NCBI GenBank assembly: GCA_028534125.1
Contig: CM052817.1
Span: 97,218,001-97,282,000 of the forward strand
Origin: Lama glama
Lineage: Eukaryota
Direction of reading: 5' to 3'
DNA length: 64,000 bases
Below are positions 39,834 to 53,400 of the stretch, piece after piece. Positions within the stretch are counted from its first letter, which is position 1. Each line of letters starts with the position of its first letter. The notes beneath the pieces were generated by a model. It ran no database searches. It worked only from the letters and a program-made list of their open reading frames with translations, and was not told the DNA's origin. The position numbers and the translations under genes were made by a program.

Positions 39834-41133
39834 GAATAAGACAGTGAACATCAGTCCCATTTGAGCCTATGGGAATTTCACTTGTTCTCCCTGGATGTTA
39901 CAGTAACAGTACATGCTTAGCAGCTGCCCCCAGGTGCCAAGTCCTTAATTACCAGCAGCATCTTGGCAGCCGCTTCCTCCTGGCATCGCTGAGAGACAGA
40001 ACACTATAGATTCTCCATGAACTGCTCCCCCAGGAGCTGTGCAATGGGGGGGGCATGCTTCCTCTCCTGACTGATAAGCAGAATGGAGCATCTGGTAGGA
40101 CCCTATAAAAACCGCAAAAAATTCCTGATGGGATCTCAAGATTCACAAAGACCCTGACACACAGCACGGTCCAACTTCCTTTTTTGGTTTGCTCTACCTC
40201 CTGAGGCCGACACCCTTTGACAAACTACTGGCATGGTAGAATGATGGCTGGCGAGGAGACATCGATTACTCTCGCATCCCACAGTGAAGCGATGAGATAA
40301 ACAGGATTCTGATGGTGTTTTCATCACTACCTTTCTCAAGCGTGTTCAAGACTCTTTAGACTTAGGAATGGGTAACCAGGAAACAGCTTTTTTTTTTTTT
40401 TCATCTGGAGTAGAATAAAAGACCGGCAGAAAACTTTTTCAATTACAACATTTCACTGCAAAGATCTAAAGTGAGAATTCTGTCATTTTAGAAGTGCTTC
40501 ATGCCATGTTTTGAAATTTTAGGTCTTGGCAGTATTAGAGAGGATATATTGAGGTTATATGAAAACATGTATTTTTCTGTTCACAGGCCAAGCGTAATTA
40601 CTGGTCTAAACCCACAGGACAGTAACAGCGTCCGCCCTGTCCTCGCTCCTTCACAGACCCTTTCTCTTGCCATCACATCCCACCCAGGCTTTCCTCCTTT
40701 CCTCATCCTCCTTATCTGCATGGCTTCTCCCTTCCTCCTGCCAGGGAGGAAGATGCTGAGAATTCGGGGAACAACCAAGTATTTTTGTGACTTGAAACCC
40801 AAAGGGAGGAATGCCATTTTTCTCCAGATTTCATAGGTTTGGCAGCAAAATCTCTTTAATTTGTACTAATAGCAAAAAGAGCATCTATAATTCTCAATGC
40901 CACACACACTAATAGGACAGGAGTGAGGGTCAGGGGCACGCTGCCTTATGAATAAATAATTAGCTTCTCAGTTGGTAACAAGGAAGTGGCATTTCAATTG
41001 TTTATAAGTATCCTTGAGTGGTTAGGAATTTGAAAACTAGGTGTTTTTAAAAAATATCCCTTAATGTTCTCACATTAATATACAGGCATTATTGATTTAC
41101 TAATATGAAAAACATGCTAAGGCAAACTCAAAC

Positions 41134-41164
<31 letters not shown>

Positions 41165-41312
41165 TGGTAACTGTGAGGTGATGGGTATGTTAATTAGCTT
41201 GATTGTGGTGATCATCACACAAGTATACTGATATCCCAATACCACACTGTACATGTTAATTATACCCAAATTTCTATTCATCAATCATAATCTCAATAAA
41301 TCTAAGAAAAAA
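41134..41312 (+). mobile_element. (CA)n followed by an L1MA-like 3' terminal fragment
   Basis: ggtaactgtgaggtgatgggtatgttaattagcttgattgtggtgatca...tctcaataaa. Confidence 0.8.
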
Positions 41313-43918
41313 GACATTCCAGATTAGCAGATCCCCATGTATTACATTTTAATGTGTGTACACAGATCACCAGAGATATCTCTGTATCTATAGTAAACAC
41401 GACTTTGTTGCTATTGCTGTGGAATACGTTCATCCATTACTTAGCAAGGCAGTGATATTTCCCCATTGTGCAGAATGCGCCCAGGTTTTGTGAGCAGTGC
41501 AGTGCTGAATAACAAGATCTGAATCCACACAAGAGATTACAATCTTAGGGAAGTTGAATCAATACGTAAGAAAGCAATTAGCTTTATAAAGTGGCTATGG
41601 TAAGTTTTGGGTCAGTGTTACTGTGTATTTGGAGAGTCAGACAATGACAGGGAGACTCTGTTTCGTCTTTCTACAGGAGCTTGCACTTTCCCACATCCCT
41701 CTGTGTTAATTCCCACTGTGCGCTGGTTTGCTTTTGGTGTCATTCATGACACTGAGGGCTCATGTGGGGCGGGTCACTTCCCTGTGCGGGAATCCATCCA
41801 GTGTTAAGCACCACCAACTCCCCTAAGAAGAGAGTCCCTCAGACCAGAGACTCCAGGGAATCTGAGGGAGACAGAAGAGGGGCTCAGTGATTTTGCAGAG
41901 ACGGTGGCCAGGTTCTGGAAGACAATCCCCTGTGACATATTCTGATCGCTTCTGCGCTGCAGACAGGGATTCAGAAAGGGGCAAAGCCAGCAGCCGCCTG
42001 TGAGATACTTCTTGGGCTAGAGAGATGATTGACATGGTTGTTTTTATGGCCTTTATACTTTCTGTAATTCTATTCTTTTTTTTTTTCCTCCTCTAATACT
42101 TAGCCACACTCTTTCCTCTCTTTTTTTTCTTTTAATGCCTGTCAGACTCAGGAATGTGCTCACGAGGACGTGTCGGGGGAGGGTTCCACCTTGGGCGAAA
42201 GTTTTATAGGTGAGGCAGCACGTCTCTGAGGTCTGGCCAGGCTGGGATCGCGTGAAACCAAGCGAGGACCTCAGAAGAGGAAACAAAACGTCTGAGAAAT
42301 GACCTGTTGGTAACAGCCTCGGGGTAATGGAGAAACCTTCCAGAGCTTTCTTCTGCTGAAACCGTCGCTGGTTTTGTATTACAAGAGACTGCCTCTGGAC
42401 TGAGTGGCAGAGGGCTGAGCCACTGTAATTCCCAAACTCCGTCTGGCAGCGGCGGGGCAGGGAGGCAGCCGGCGCCCCGGCCAGGTAGGGAGGACTGGGG
42501 CTTTATTACACGAACACCTCCCACCTGGACCTTGCCACCGCTGGGCTGCTATACCCCCCCCCACCCCGGAGGTATCAGAAGGGAGCGGCAAAGGGACAAA
42601 TCCTCCATCCACAATACTTTGGATAAAAAATGCTTATGGAAGAAAAAAAGGTGGACAAAGACTGGGACTGACTTCCTCTCGAGGAGACCATGAGGGATAG
42701 GAGAAACTGAAGAGCAATTTTCAAAAACTTCATACGACACTGGCCAAATCATGCGAGCATCCATTTTCTAGTTCTACTGAGGTCAAGATAAGATAAAAAG
42801 GGTTTAAAGGGCAGAAGCCGGGATTTAGATTAGACATTAGGAGAATTTCCTCCCAGTGTTCTGGAATGTGTTCTGGAGAGAGCCTGGAATGCATTACCAG
42901 CAAGAACTTGTAATATTCTTTTCTAAAAACTCCGAGTAATAGGTAGACAGGAATCCTGCCTGCCTGAGTGCAGCTCTGCCCTGCGGGAGAAGGGTGATTA
43001 AATGAGTTATCGAGATCCAAGCCCTACCATGGAAGGAAATACAGCCTCCAACATACATTCCAGCCTTCCGTGTGTCTGAGAGGAACTTCTCTCGCTCATA
43101 TTTGTCTGAAACACAGGAATAAATCCCGTACGCTTCTATGTGTGCTAAGAGATAATTTTAGAAATGTTTTTCCAAAATATACTCAAAGGGCAAATACTGT
43201 GATCTCAGAATGCAGCCTTAGAACGAAGCCCAGCATCCTGGAAAAAAACAACTAGCGTTCTATATGCTTCCTTCTACCCTACCCTGCAGTGTTCACATGC
43301 TTTTTTTTTTTTCTCCTTTTCAGTTTTACCATTTAAGTTACAGAGCTATTTGCTCAGATTTGTGTTTAAAACATGCTCTATGGTTTCTCCTATACCTTTT
43401 TTCTTAAGTGGGGAAAAGGGTTCATAGTAAAGAGCTATCATTAACTGAAAACTGCATGTCAGATATCAAGATGACCACATCTTTTAAAAATATTATCCAT
43501 ATAATCCTCATAAGTGCCCTTGAGGTAGGTACTACTGTTAGCATCATGGTGCACAGAGGTGAAGTGGTTTGTAGGGGTCACATGCACGGGATGTAGTCAT
43601 TGTGGTAGAGTGAGGAGGAGGTGAATGACTGTAATGGAAAAAGAGAATAGAGAGACCACATCGCGTGTGCAGATGACATCGAATCAGGAGGTCAAAGGGC
43701 TGTGAAAAGGACCCAGAGCACAAATGGCTTTTCTAGATGATCAGCAAGGCTGCCGCTGGATCACCTCTAGGGAAGAGACGGGTCTGTTTAATGGAGGCAT
43801 AGAACAACCCGCACCAACATACAGGGTGCCTTCTCTCCTAAGTCCCCAGACAGAGCAGTTAACGTCTGTGTGCTCGGGGGCTGTTGCTGCAGCAAAGAAG
43901 CCAATCTTCTTGCTTTTG

Positions 43919-44055
43919 TTTTGTTTTGTTTTTTGCAGGGGGAGGTAGTTAGGTTCACTTATTTATTTATTTTTTAGAGGAGGTGCTGGGGATTGAACCC
44001 AGGACCTTGTGTATGCTAAGCATGCACGCCACCACTTGAGCTACGTCCTCCCCCC
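43919..44055 (-). mobile_element. Vic-1-like SINE with TSD
   Basis: ggggattgaacccaggaccttgtgtatgctaagcatgc...acttgagcta. TSD ccaatcttcttgcttttg (43901-43918) and ccagtctttttgcttttg (44059-44076). Confidence 0.9.
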
Positions 44056-44240
44056 AGTCCAGTCTTTTTGCTTTTGCTCCTTGTTTTGGCACCTTCACTT
44101 TGATGGGAGGAAAAGTCAAAGAGGCAAAAATCAAATCAGTCTGGATTAAAAAATAGAATTCACTGGGGGAAAATCTTACAATTTCTAATTAAAAATAAAG
44201 TTCCTAAGCACCATGCAACTGGTAGCTGAGTTCTTTGAAT

Positions 44241-44244
<4 letters not shown>

Positions 44245-44287
<43 letters not shown>

Positions 44288-44411
44288 TTTATAAGGGGGG
44301 AGGTAATTGAGTTCACTTATTTATTTATATTTGGAGGAGGTACTGGGGATTGAACCCAGGACCTTGTGCACGCCAAGCAGGCACTCTACCACTTGAGCTA
44401 TACCCTCCCCC
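44245..44411 (-). mobile_element. Vic-1-like SINE with a (TA)n microsatellite in its tail
   Basis: ggaggtactggggattgaacccaggacc...ctctaccacttgagctataccctcccc, with (TA)n at about 44245-44282. Confidence 0.9.
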
Positions 44412-46196
44412 GAACAAATAAATTTTTAAAATCAAATGAGCATTCTTTAGAAAATAGACAGTTTATCTGCTTTGTAAATTTTTATTCTTTGGGAATAACT
44501 AGGCTATGTTCAAGACGGACATGTGTGTGTATGTAAAACAGAACACAAGCAAATAAGCAAAAAGAAGACAGAAAAGCTCCCCCTAGTTTTATAATCTACT
44601 TAAAATAAGAAATACAGCACTATGATAGCTGTGGCTGCCCAGCAAAAGGTCCTTCTCTCAGTTAAAAAGTTAATTCTTTAACAGCTGCAAAAGCTGCCTT
44701 CTTGGCATATGTCTGAGCAGAGAATTTATTACACGAAGCACGATCTCATTGCAGATGCAAGGTAAATAGTCTCATTAAGGATGTTTTATGAAGAAACATG
44801 ACTGTTCTAACAAGGTCAAGGGGTGAATAAGGTACGAGAAAGAGGCAAAAGGCAGTGACCAGGAAACAGACTACAGCACCCAGCTTAATTTACTGTGCCT
44901 TCCCCAGTCCTGGCATGATTTTCCATAGATTCAGGCTGAAAAGAACTGGTTCGATGCTAGAACTCACGCTGGGCAGAAACCCCACTGGGATGGTCCTGAG
45001 CACACCTCCTCACACCCGCAAGTCTGCTAAGCAGAATCTACCCTAAGTTATATTATACATGGAAAAATAAGGGTTCACCCAACAGATACACGAGGAAGGT
45101 ATTTCCACTGGGAAATGCCATGTTTCTTTATAAAATTTTCAATGGAAGATTCCTTCCACAAGCTCTCAAAGGGCATAGAAAATACAATGCATGAACATTT
45201 GTTTGCACATCAGGTTTTAGGTCTGTTTCAATTATTCTGTTCTCCCCTCTTCACATTTGCTGCTATTTTACTGCAATGGTTTCCTCAACTGGGTCCCTTT
45301 AATTGTACCCAGCGATCTTACAAAGTGCAAGTATCCGAGAACTCGAAAGCAACCAAGGAAGTTGCCTAAATTCAATGTCAGAAATGTATTAACACTTAGT
45401 ATCTGTGCACATAAGAGGTAAGAACGACGGAGCGGAACGGGAAAATACCCAGATGTAGAACAGTTTTAGCTCCAGTACCAATTTTCTTCAAAATATTTCA
45501 TCCCTCTTAGCTCAATATTCTTTGTAAAATAATTACTTACTGCCACATTATAATCCTTCTTTCAAAAACTATTATTTAACAGCATTTTAATATAAGATCT
45601 CCTTAACTGTAGTCGAGTTGTAAGTAATGCTTTACTTTATTTATCTGAAAAAGGAAACTGACCAGATTTTAGTTGAGACTATCGATGTTGAGATTATAAC
45701 TGAATGACTAAAAGTGATTAAAACTGCTTAGTCAGGAAAAGAAGTGGTGAGGCAGGTAACCAAACAAATAACAATCCCCTGAACTCATACAAGACCAATT
45801 TTCACCATTTTTCACAACGGGTATAACACAGAAAATATTCTGTATTTCTAAGTACTACCACTCTCATACGTATTAAGAACACTTTACAAATGCAAGGCAA
45901 AAAAGTCAAGGAAATTAAAAAACAATCTTCATGTTGGAAGCTAACACTCACATAAAAAAGAATGAGTGTAATAAGTACATGTTCATGAGTTAACAGGATG
46001 GCACTCAAGTTAGGGGAAAAATTAAATAGGCCTGAGGAAAAAGAAAACCAGTGTCAGTGTTCATAGCTTTCACGCATTTTAAATAAATATTATTCCACAT
46101 TGTGTTCCACTGACATTATCAGAACGAGTCTAAGTTAAGAATTAATAGTAGCCAACGATGCATGTACTTGCAAAAAAGTTATTTTTCTAAGCTGGG

Positions 46197-46497
46197 GTCT
46201 CTTCGGGATACAGATGGAATTGGTCTGAAAACTCCCAGACAAACTTGTAGCTGCCAAGGGGGCGGGGGTTGGGAAGGGACAGCCTGAGATTTCAAAATGC
46301 AGAACAGATAAACAAGATTATACTGTATACCACAGGGAAATAGATACAAGATCTTATGGTAGCTCACAGAGAAAAAAATGTGACAATGAATATAAGTATG
46401 TTCATGTATAACTGAAAAACCGTGCTCTACACTGGAATTTGACACAACATTGTAAAATGACTATAACTCAATAAAAAATGTTAAAAAAAAAAAAAAA
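46197..46497 (+). mobile_element. Young lineage-specific L1 3' end
   Basis: Paralogous to 26158-26374, with a poly-A tail and a possible TSD aagctggg on both sides. Confidence 0.88.
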
Positions 46498-49400
46498 GCT
46501 GGGCCAAACCAAATGGCCTTTTCTGAGTGAGTCTCTTGCCTCTGCTTCTTGTGTTTTCACTCCAGCTTCTCTCCGCACACAGGGTTCGTGCTGGAACATC
46601 GTGAGGCACTTTGATGACGTCTTGTGTTGGCAGGTGCAGGTCACTACTGAGGAGGTGGCCTCCTGGCCACCTGGTGGCAAGCAGAGCCCTGCCAGTGGGG
46701 GTGGGGTGGGGGTGGGGTGGGCAGCCGCCCAGGCTGACCTCACAGCTCCGCTTAGAAGAATAAACTGCTCGTTTTGCATTTGGTATGCTGCCACAGTGTA
46801 AATTCCAAAGCTTTGGCGACTCTCTCAAACCCAGCTCCGCACAGCAGGCTGAACAAAGAGCATCTTTAAAAGAATACACTTTCCATCCAGGTTTTCAAAG
46901 GATTCTTCAAAGTTATATCATTTAGCTGCATTTTTTTTAAAAGTTCAAGAAAGAAATTAAGACAATTCTTAACATGATGCTAACTTATTAAAAAGAAACT
47001 TTTAGAAGGACACAGTAAATGTCTTTTTATTTTCAGTGAGTCCTTATAATCTGTATTTTTTTCTTTCACCATACGAGACCGAACCACAGATATACATGGA
47101 AACAAGTCAGCCCTTCTCCATCAAAGCTGGGAGATGAGCTGTCCTGAGGAGGGTAAGTCATTCAAGAAGGATAAATGGGACATTTCTGGAAGTTTTTCTT
47201 TGGGGCTGCCATTCACATTTCAGTCACTATTAGTAATTTTTAAAGCAAGATCTCACTTACAATAAGGAGATGGGACAGAAACAGTTATTTGTTTCTCCTC
47301 ACACATTGCTTGCCATTTTCCTATGAAAATTCTGCTTATGTTACAAAGACAGGTTTCCCTTCATTTAAAACAAAGTTGGCCAGTGCACTGTGATTCCAGC
47401 ACTCCTCTACGGAGCTCTCAAGAATGGACCCTGTCTCTGATGATGAATTTCGCTGATGACTGTGCTAGTGCCAGAACAAGCCTCTCTGGAGCCGCAGCAT
47501 GGCCCATGGCTATCACCCCTTGACCCGTGACTAGAAGTCAGTTCTTCACTGCTGACCTGGGTTAAGGCCAATTTCACGCTATGATTTTCAAACGAATGAT
47601 GTGGTTCTAAGTCACGTACCACGTAAAACACAACGTTTAACCCCCATAACAATTTTTAACTTCTACCTTTGAATGGGGATGAAACAAGTCCATAATCTTC
47701 CCTTTAGAGAATTTCTACCCTGTAATGATATTTTCTTTGGGCCACAGTTAGAATGAAAATTCTCTGTTAGATTCAGACAGTCTCCCTTTACAGATATGAG
47801 CATAGAGAATGAAGATCATGAGCCCAGTGTAATGAAACACTCCGTGTTAATCTGTTTTACTTCTGGGTTATCGTGCCTAGAACTTGTCTAAGTATTCTAT
47901 TGCAGGGCACACAGTAGGTGTTAAATAAGTGCTTATTGCACAAAGGGAGAGAAAGTGCAAATTAAGAAATGAATGAATGCTTTGCTGACTGGTTCCACTT
48001 CTTAATGTGAATGACTACAGCCAACATTCTCTAACAAAGCTTTTAAGGGAAATAGAAGGGATGCTAAGTTTCACCCCAAACCCCAGCGAGCTGACCTAGT
48101 TTCTAGACAAGACTCCACCCAGCCTTAGATAACAGAGGCAAGCCAAGCATCCTCCAAGAAACAGCAGGCCAAGGACAGTAATGAAGGGCAGGGAGCCTGT
48201 CACTTCTGCCCGTGAGAGAGTCTAAAGAGAGGTAAATAGGGGAGAAGCTAAAAAGCAGCTTTTAATCTCTTTAGCTTCATAGAAGAGCCATCCTTTGAAA
48301 ACAGCGTCCAGGAAAGAGTCACTCTGCATCCCGAATCTTTGGGCCCATTAGTATCGCTGAATCAGATACAACAGCTTGGTATTCTTTTTGTGGATGTAAT
48401 GACAGGAATGCACTTGCCGGTCCTTGATCCTGACCCATCCTTGGGGAAGCAGAGAAAAGTTATGATCTTCTGCCCCAAATGACCATCACCAATTCAGCAT
48501 TCGGACACCCAAACTGTGAGCACCCTAACAGAATCACAGCCTTCTAGAGCCAGAAGGGCCATCACAAAACAGCAAATTCAATCTCATGTTAAATAGAAGG
48601 AAATAAAGTTCCAGAGAGCGAACTGGTTTGCCCAAGATTTCAGTTGGGAGAGGAGGTATACATACTCTTAATCTTATCATTTCAAGTTCAGCAACCTGTT
48701 AGAAGTGCCAGCACCAGAACTTTCAGAGAGGAGGGGCTTAGAGAAACGTGCAAAAATACACTTGCTCAATGAGAGAGAGTTATTCATGTTCATTTAGGGT
48801 AGACTGGAAGGCATCTGATGAAAATTATGAAGGAGAGGCTTAAAGACCTCTCCCTGGGCCATCCGACAATCACTTTAACATCTCTTTATTTTGGCGTAAG
48901 CACACGCTAACCAAGTGGAATTCCAGCTTTCTCAAAAATTGCTTCTTTGGGTTATCCTGAGAAGCGATCAAAATTGGACAACAAAGTTACCCATGACTCC
49001 TGATGGTAAGGTGGCTCGCCGCGGACTGTATGATTCTGAGCTGTCTTACCTGCGCAGAGAGACACCCGCGTTTTGGTAATGATATACCAGAGGCTATTCT
49101 TGGATACGTGACCCAGTCATTGCCAGTTACCATTCTAGTTGTACATTTCAAAAAGACATTGAGTAACTATCAAAGTGCCACGAACTCAATTTGAATTCAC
49201 TACATTACAACACACAGACTGCCAGACAGGAGTTGAAGCCCCTGGAGGCAGGTCCCTACAGGGGCATAAACATGCCGCTTTCCTAAGTGCCAAGCAGTAT
49301 TTGGAGGAGTAGCTCTTACAGACCCTACAACTGTCCTCACCATTTTGCCGTCATGCAACAAGCACACAGCAGAAACTAACATCCGCAGGAAGTCAATCTT

Positions 49401-49899
49401 TCGTAAGATTCTGTACGCACCAGTGTGATTAAAGAAATCACTTATGTGGATTATTTTCAATATTTTCAGCTGTAACAGTCTATGCCTTTTTTTAAATTAT
49501 TGATTAGTTCAGATGTTTAAAAACAAATGTTTAATCTTGTACTGTCAGGGGACCACTATCAACCAACTTATTATGGGGAAGACATATGGTATATAAAACA
49601 AAAAAAAAAAGGGGAAAAAGACTAGAAATTTGGGGGGAAAAAATTCTAAGATATACTATCCAGCTACTGGGACAACTTACAAGGACCAAATGTAATTAGA
49701 TATACTTTCAACTCTTTGTCCTTAAATACATTTTAACTTACTTATTTCCCAAAATATAAATATTAAAAGCTATGTGTATCTTAAGGGCTTTATAAGAGCA
49801 ATAGGATATAGTTGAAAAGTTCAACAATTACAGGACCTAAAAAGGAGACGGAGAAAAGCATAGGGCTGTAGGGCTGGAGATTATGAAGACAAAACCATC

Positions 49900-50082
49900 C
49901 TCCTACTCAGCTAACTGTGGTCCATGGACGGTCTCCCTTAGAATCACCTGGGAGCTTTCAGTAGGACGCAGAACCTTGGGCCATCCTAGGCCTGCACGTC
50001 AGACTATCTTCAAGTTGGGAGTCTTCATTTTTAACAAATTTCCAAGTGACTTTTTTCTGCATTTTTCAAAGGAGAACCACCA
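49900..50082. mobile_element. MER5-like hAT-Charlie MITE, degraded
   Basis: tgtggtccatgga...agaatcacctgggagctt...catttttaacaaatttccaagtga...gagaaccac. Confidence 0.6.
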
Positions 50083-50211
50083 ACCTAAAGGTTTTGAATA
50101 AGATTACAGAAAGAATCAGAAAAACAGAGAGAATCTGGAAAAAGGTTCTTTAAAAGAAAGGTAGGGAAGGAGGGAGGGAGGAATAGACAGGGCTAAAAAC
50201 GTGGCTTACAC

Positions 50212-50435
50212 CTGGGGTTTCTCAGCCTCATCACTACTGATATTTTGGGCCGGATAATTCTTCATTGTCAGGTTCTGTCCTGTGCAAATGTAGAATATTC
50301 TGCAGCATCCCTGGCCCTCTGTTCCCAAGATACCAGTAGCATCCCCCGACTCCAAGTTGTGACAACCAAAAATATTTCCAGACTTTGCCAAATATCCCCC
50401 CCGGGGGTACAACTGCCGCTGATTGAGAACCACTG
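50212..50435 (-). mobile_element. MER20 (hAT-Charlie)
   Basis: gtttctcagcctc..cactactgatattttgggccggataattctt...gttgtgacaaccaaaaatatttccagac...ttgagaaccactg. Confidence 0.88.
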
Positions 50436-53400
50436 GTCTATACTAAGGAAACTGATACACACAAGAACAGTAAGCTGGAGAATCAAATCCCTAGACTATA
50501 TAAAAACAATCGAACGTGAGCTGAAATGAGACGCCTGCTAATTCCTTATGCTCCTAAAGTTAGTTTCCTTGATAGGAGGAGTCATAAACTAGGAAGTGAG
50601 CTAAGGATAATTTAAACACTTCATTTTCATCTTCCAGAATTCAGCATATTTCTCACAAAAGTCTGTATTTCTGATATCTCAAAAAGAAATCGCAAAATCT
50701 GGCGACCCTTGTTTGTTCTCCCCCAAGGCAACAAACACCTGGAGCTGAGAGCTGGCCACTCCCCGCCCTCTGGACAAAGCACTGATGTTTCTCCTTTATG
50801 CTCTGTGCATAGGTGAATGCAAAATTCCTGACATGCGTCATTAGGGTTGTAAAAGATTAGAACCCATCCATGTATTTAAAACTTGCATTTAGTTTTCTAG
50901 AAATCCAAATTTTGTTACCGGTGCCACACTTTTAAACCACAGACACAATTTACAAGCAATGGAGGCACACAATCTGAGGACACTAGAGAAGTTCCTGCAG
51001 TCTGGGGTCATCACAGCAACAGGTTTACGATTCACATGGTCTGGCCAAGTCCCCCACCACGCCCAAAGGGTGTGTGCATTGGCTGGCTGCACTGGCCTGT
51101 CTATGTTATTATACTCATAAAAAAAATGAGTAATGGCTGACGGATTTCGACATTCTTATATTAAAATTCAAGCTGGGCTTCATACAATAGGTTTCCTTAC
51201 TAACCATCCATTAAAAAGATTTGTACCTGTGATGAAATAGCTCCCCACTGCCCCCTCCCCAAACATAATCTGCCTTCAGCTGTGTGACTGGCGTGGCTCC
51301 CCAAAATCAACTTCCTGTTGACACCACCTGGAGGGAGAATGGCCCACACTCCCAGGTTGATAGCCTGTGGCTCATCTTTGGAAGTTGTACCCTTCCCCCA
51401 TCCCAGGAATGGTAGCCCTGCACCCAGCCGACTTAAGCGCAGAATTAAACATGACTACAGTGTAAAGGGATGTCCAGGTATGACCTGCACAGAGTGACTT
51501 CGATCAGGAATGTAGTTTCACACCGCTCAGTTACATACGTGCTCACTTTTCTCAGGAATGAAGGTCTCACGGATCCTCCCAAATGACATGTTCTTTGCTA
51601 GCTGGTAGGCTTCTCTGTTTCCCCAAAATGGGGCTGCAGTACTGTCTTTGTGTTTATGGCCATGAACCCGGCATTGCTTATTTCCACTTACTCAACTGAC
51701 CACTCAAACCTGGATGAAGAGTTTCTGTCAATCCTGGCGAAGTTCGTGGGAAGATAGGTTCTTCCACCTGAAATCAGACCTGATCCCTGACTTTGACCTT
51801 GGGTTACACCTGGATTCCACTGATTCAGTAAATAATCCTTGGGATTCACTCCACTAAGCTCCTCAACCAAAGCTGCATCTTAACCTATTTTTCTCGGATC
51901 TGCCCACTCCTTTTGTTTTCTCATCTTTCTATTCCCTCTTGTCCTTGTTTTCTTTACATTTATTTTAGAGGCTCATTTCTCCAGCCCTTTTACTTGAAGT
52001 CAAACTCATTTTAGCTTCCCTTGACCCTGAATTTAATGCTTCACTACGAACTATCAGAACAGGGCTAGAACTCCCACCTTAACAGCAGCAACAGCTGTCC
52101 CCAAATGCCACCTGCCACCCTCCCATGCTCGTGACTAAAAGTGCAGTTAAATAATCATAATCAAGACATCACTTAAAAATTCTCACCAAGGATTTAAGAG
52201 ATACACAAAACTTTTTCTTATCATTTAAGCAGTTGCCAAATTATGCTATCTAAGTCAATGTAAGATCAAGATTTATATGTTTCTCAGAAACTGTACCTTC
52301 CTGCTACAGGGATGGAAAAAATAAAATTTATACCAGAACTTTCTTAAAATATCATCCTTGGAATCTTTGTATGGTTATGGGATTGGTTTTAAAATGAAGT
52401 GCACTGTGCCTTTAAGAACTGTGTAACAAAACTTTTTTTTCTTTGCTCAATTCAGTTTTATCATGTATGAACAAGGTTTTTAACTTCCCACTCATTCATT
52501 CCAGGGTGTGTCTGGGTGGAGGCAAATGAGCAGAAGTGGGGTGACACTTAGGGTGACACTTCCAAATTTGTTTCCTCTCTCATAACAAATCACAAACCTT
52601 GCCCAGGTCCCTTCCTTCCCGCTCCAGTTCCTTCCTGAGATTATTCCCACCTTCTCTTTCCCCAGACGTGTCTCCCCAGTACAGACTGTCAGGGTCATTG
52701 TTTCAGTACCTGTCCTCTCTGGAGATATGGACCCTGCCTTCCTCTTTGAGTTCTGAATGCTCTGCCCCAGATATCTGTAGCATTTAAATGTACAGTTTAT
52801 CAAATATACTTAAAGTTATTGCTCAGTGAGGCACAAAACTTGTAATGTCAGGGGGCTAAATGCTAGCATGGCCCTTTGTTAGCGCTGGCAAGAAAAATGC
52901 AAATACATTAACAGAAAGTATTTTTAGGGGCTTCTGGTGAAGAAATATTTCCCAGATGCTGATCAGAGATTTACTTGAGAAAAATAAATATAACATTAAA
53001 TGGAAGGGAAAAAAATTAAAACCAAAAGGGCCTTAAAAAATCAATGAAAAGGGTTTCCTTCTCCTAAGGAAAAGGCTGCTGCTGTTACAAAAACCCCTGG
53101 AACAGAGGTTCTCCGCTCTAGTGAAGTGACGTACATCCAGAGTTTTATAAAGTAAAGACTGGTGCTCGTGCTCAGATTTACTGCATGGGAGTTTCTAGGC
53201 ACAGGGCACAGGTGAGTGTGCTTAACACACAAAGACCCGACAAAGGAGTCTGGCAGGCAGTGAGAACTGAGAACAACTACCCCACAGGATCGCTAATCAC
53301 ACAGTTCCCCCAGCTTCTCATCATTCTTACATGTAAGCTTCTGAACGTGGTTTAAAATTTCTGATCTGACTCAACTCTCTTCATTTAAAAACATGAGTAT

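Noticed and set aside
52539..52561. Short tandem duplication gggtgacactt-a-gggtgacactt
   Set aside because: An isolated 11-bp duplication consistent with ordinary replication slippage.
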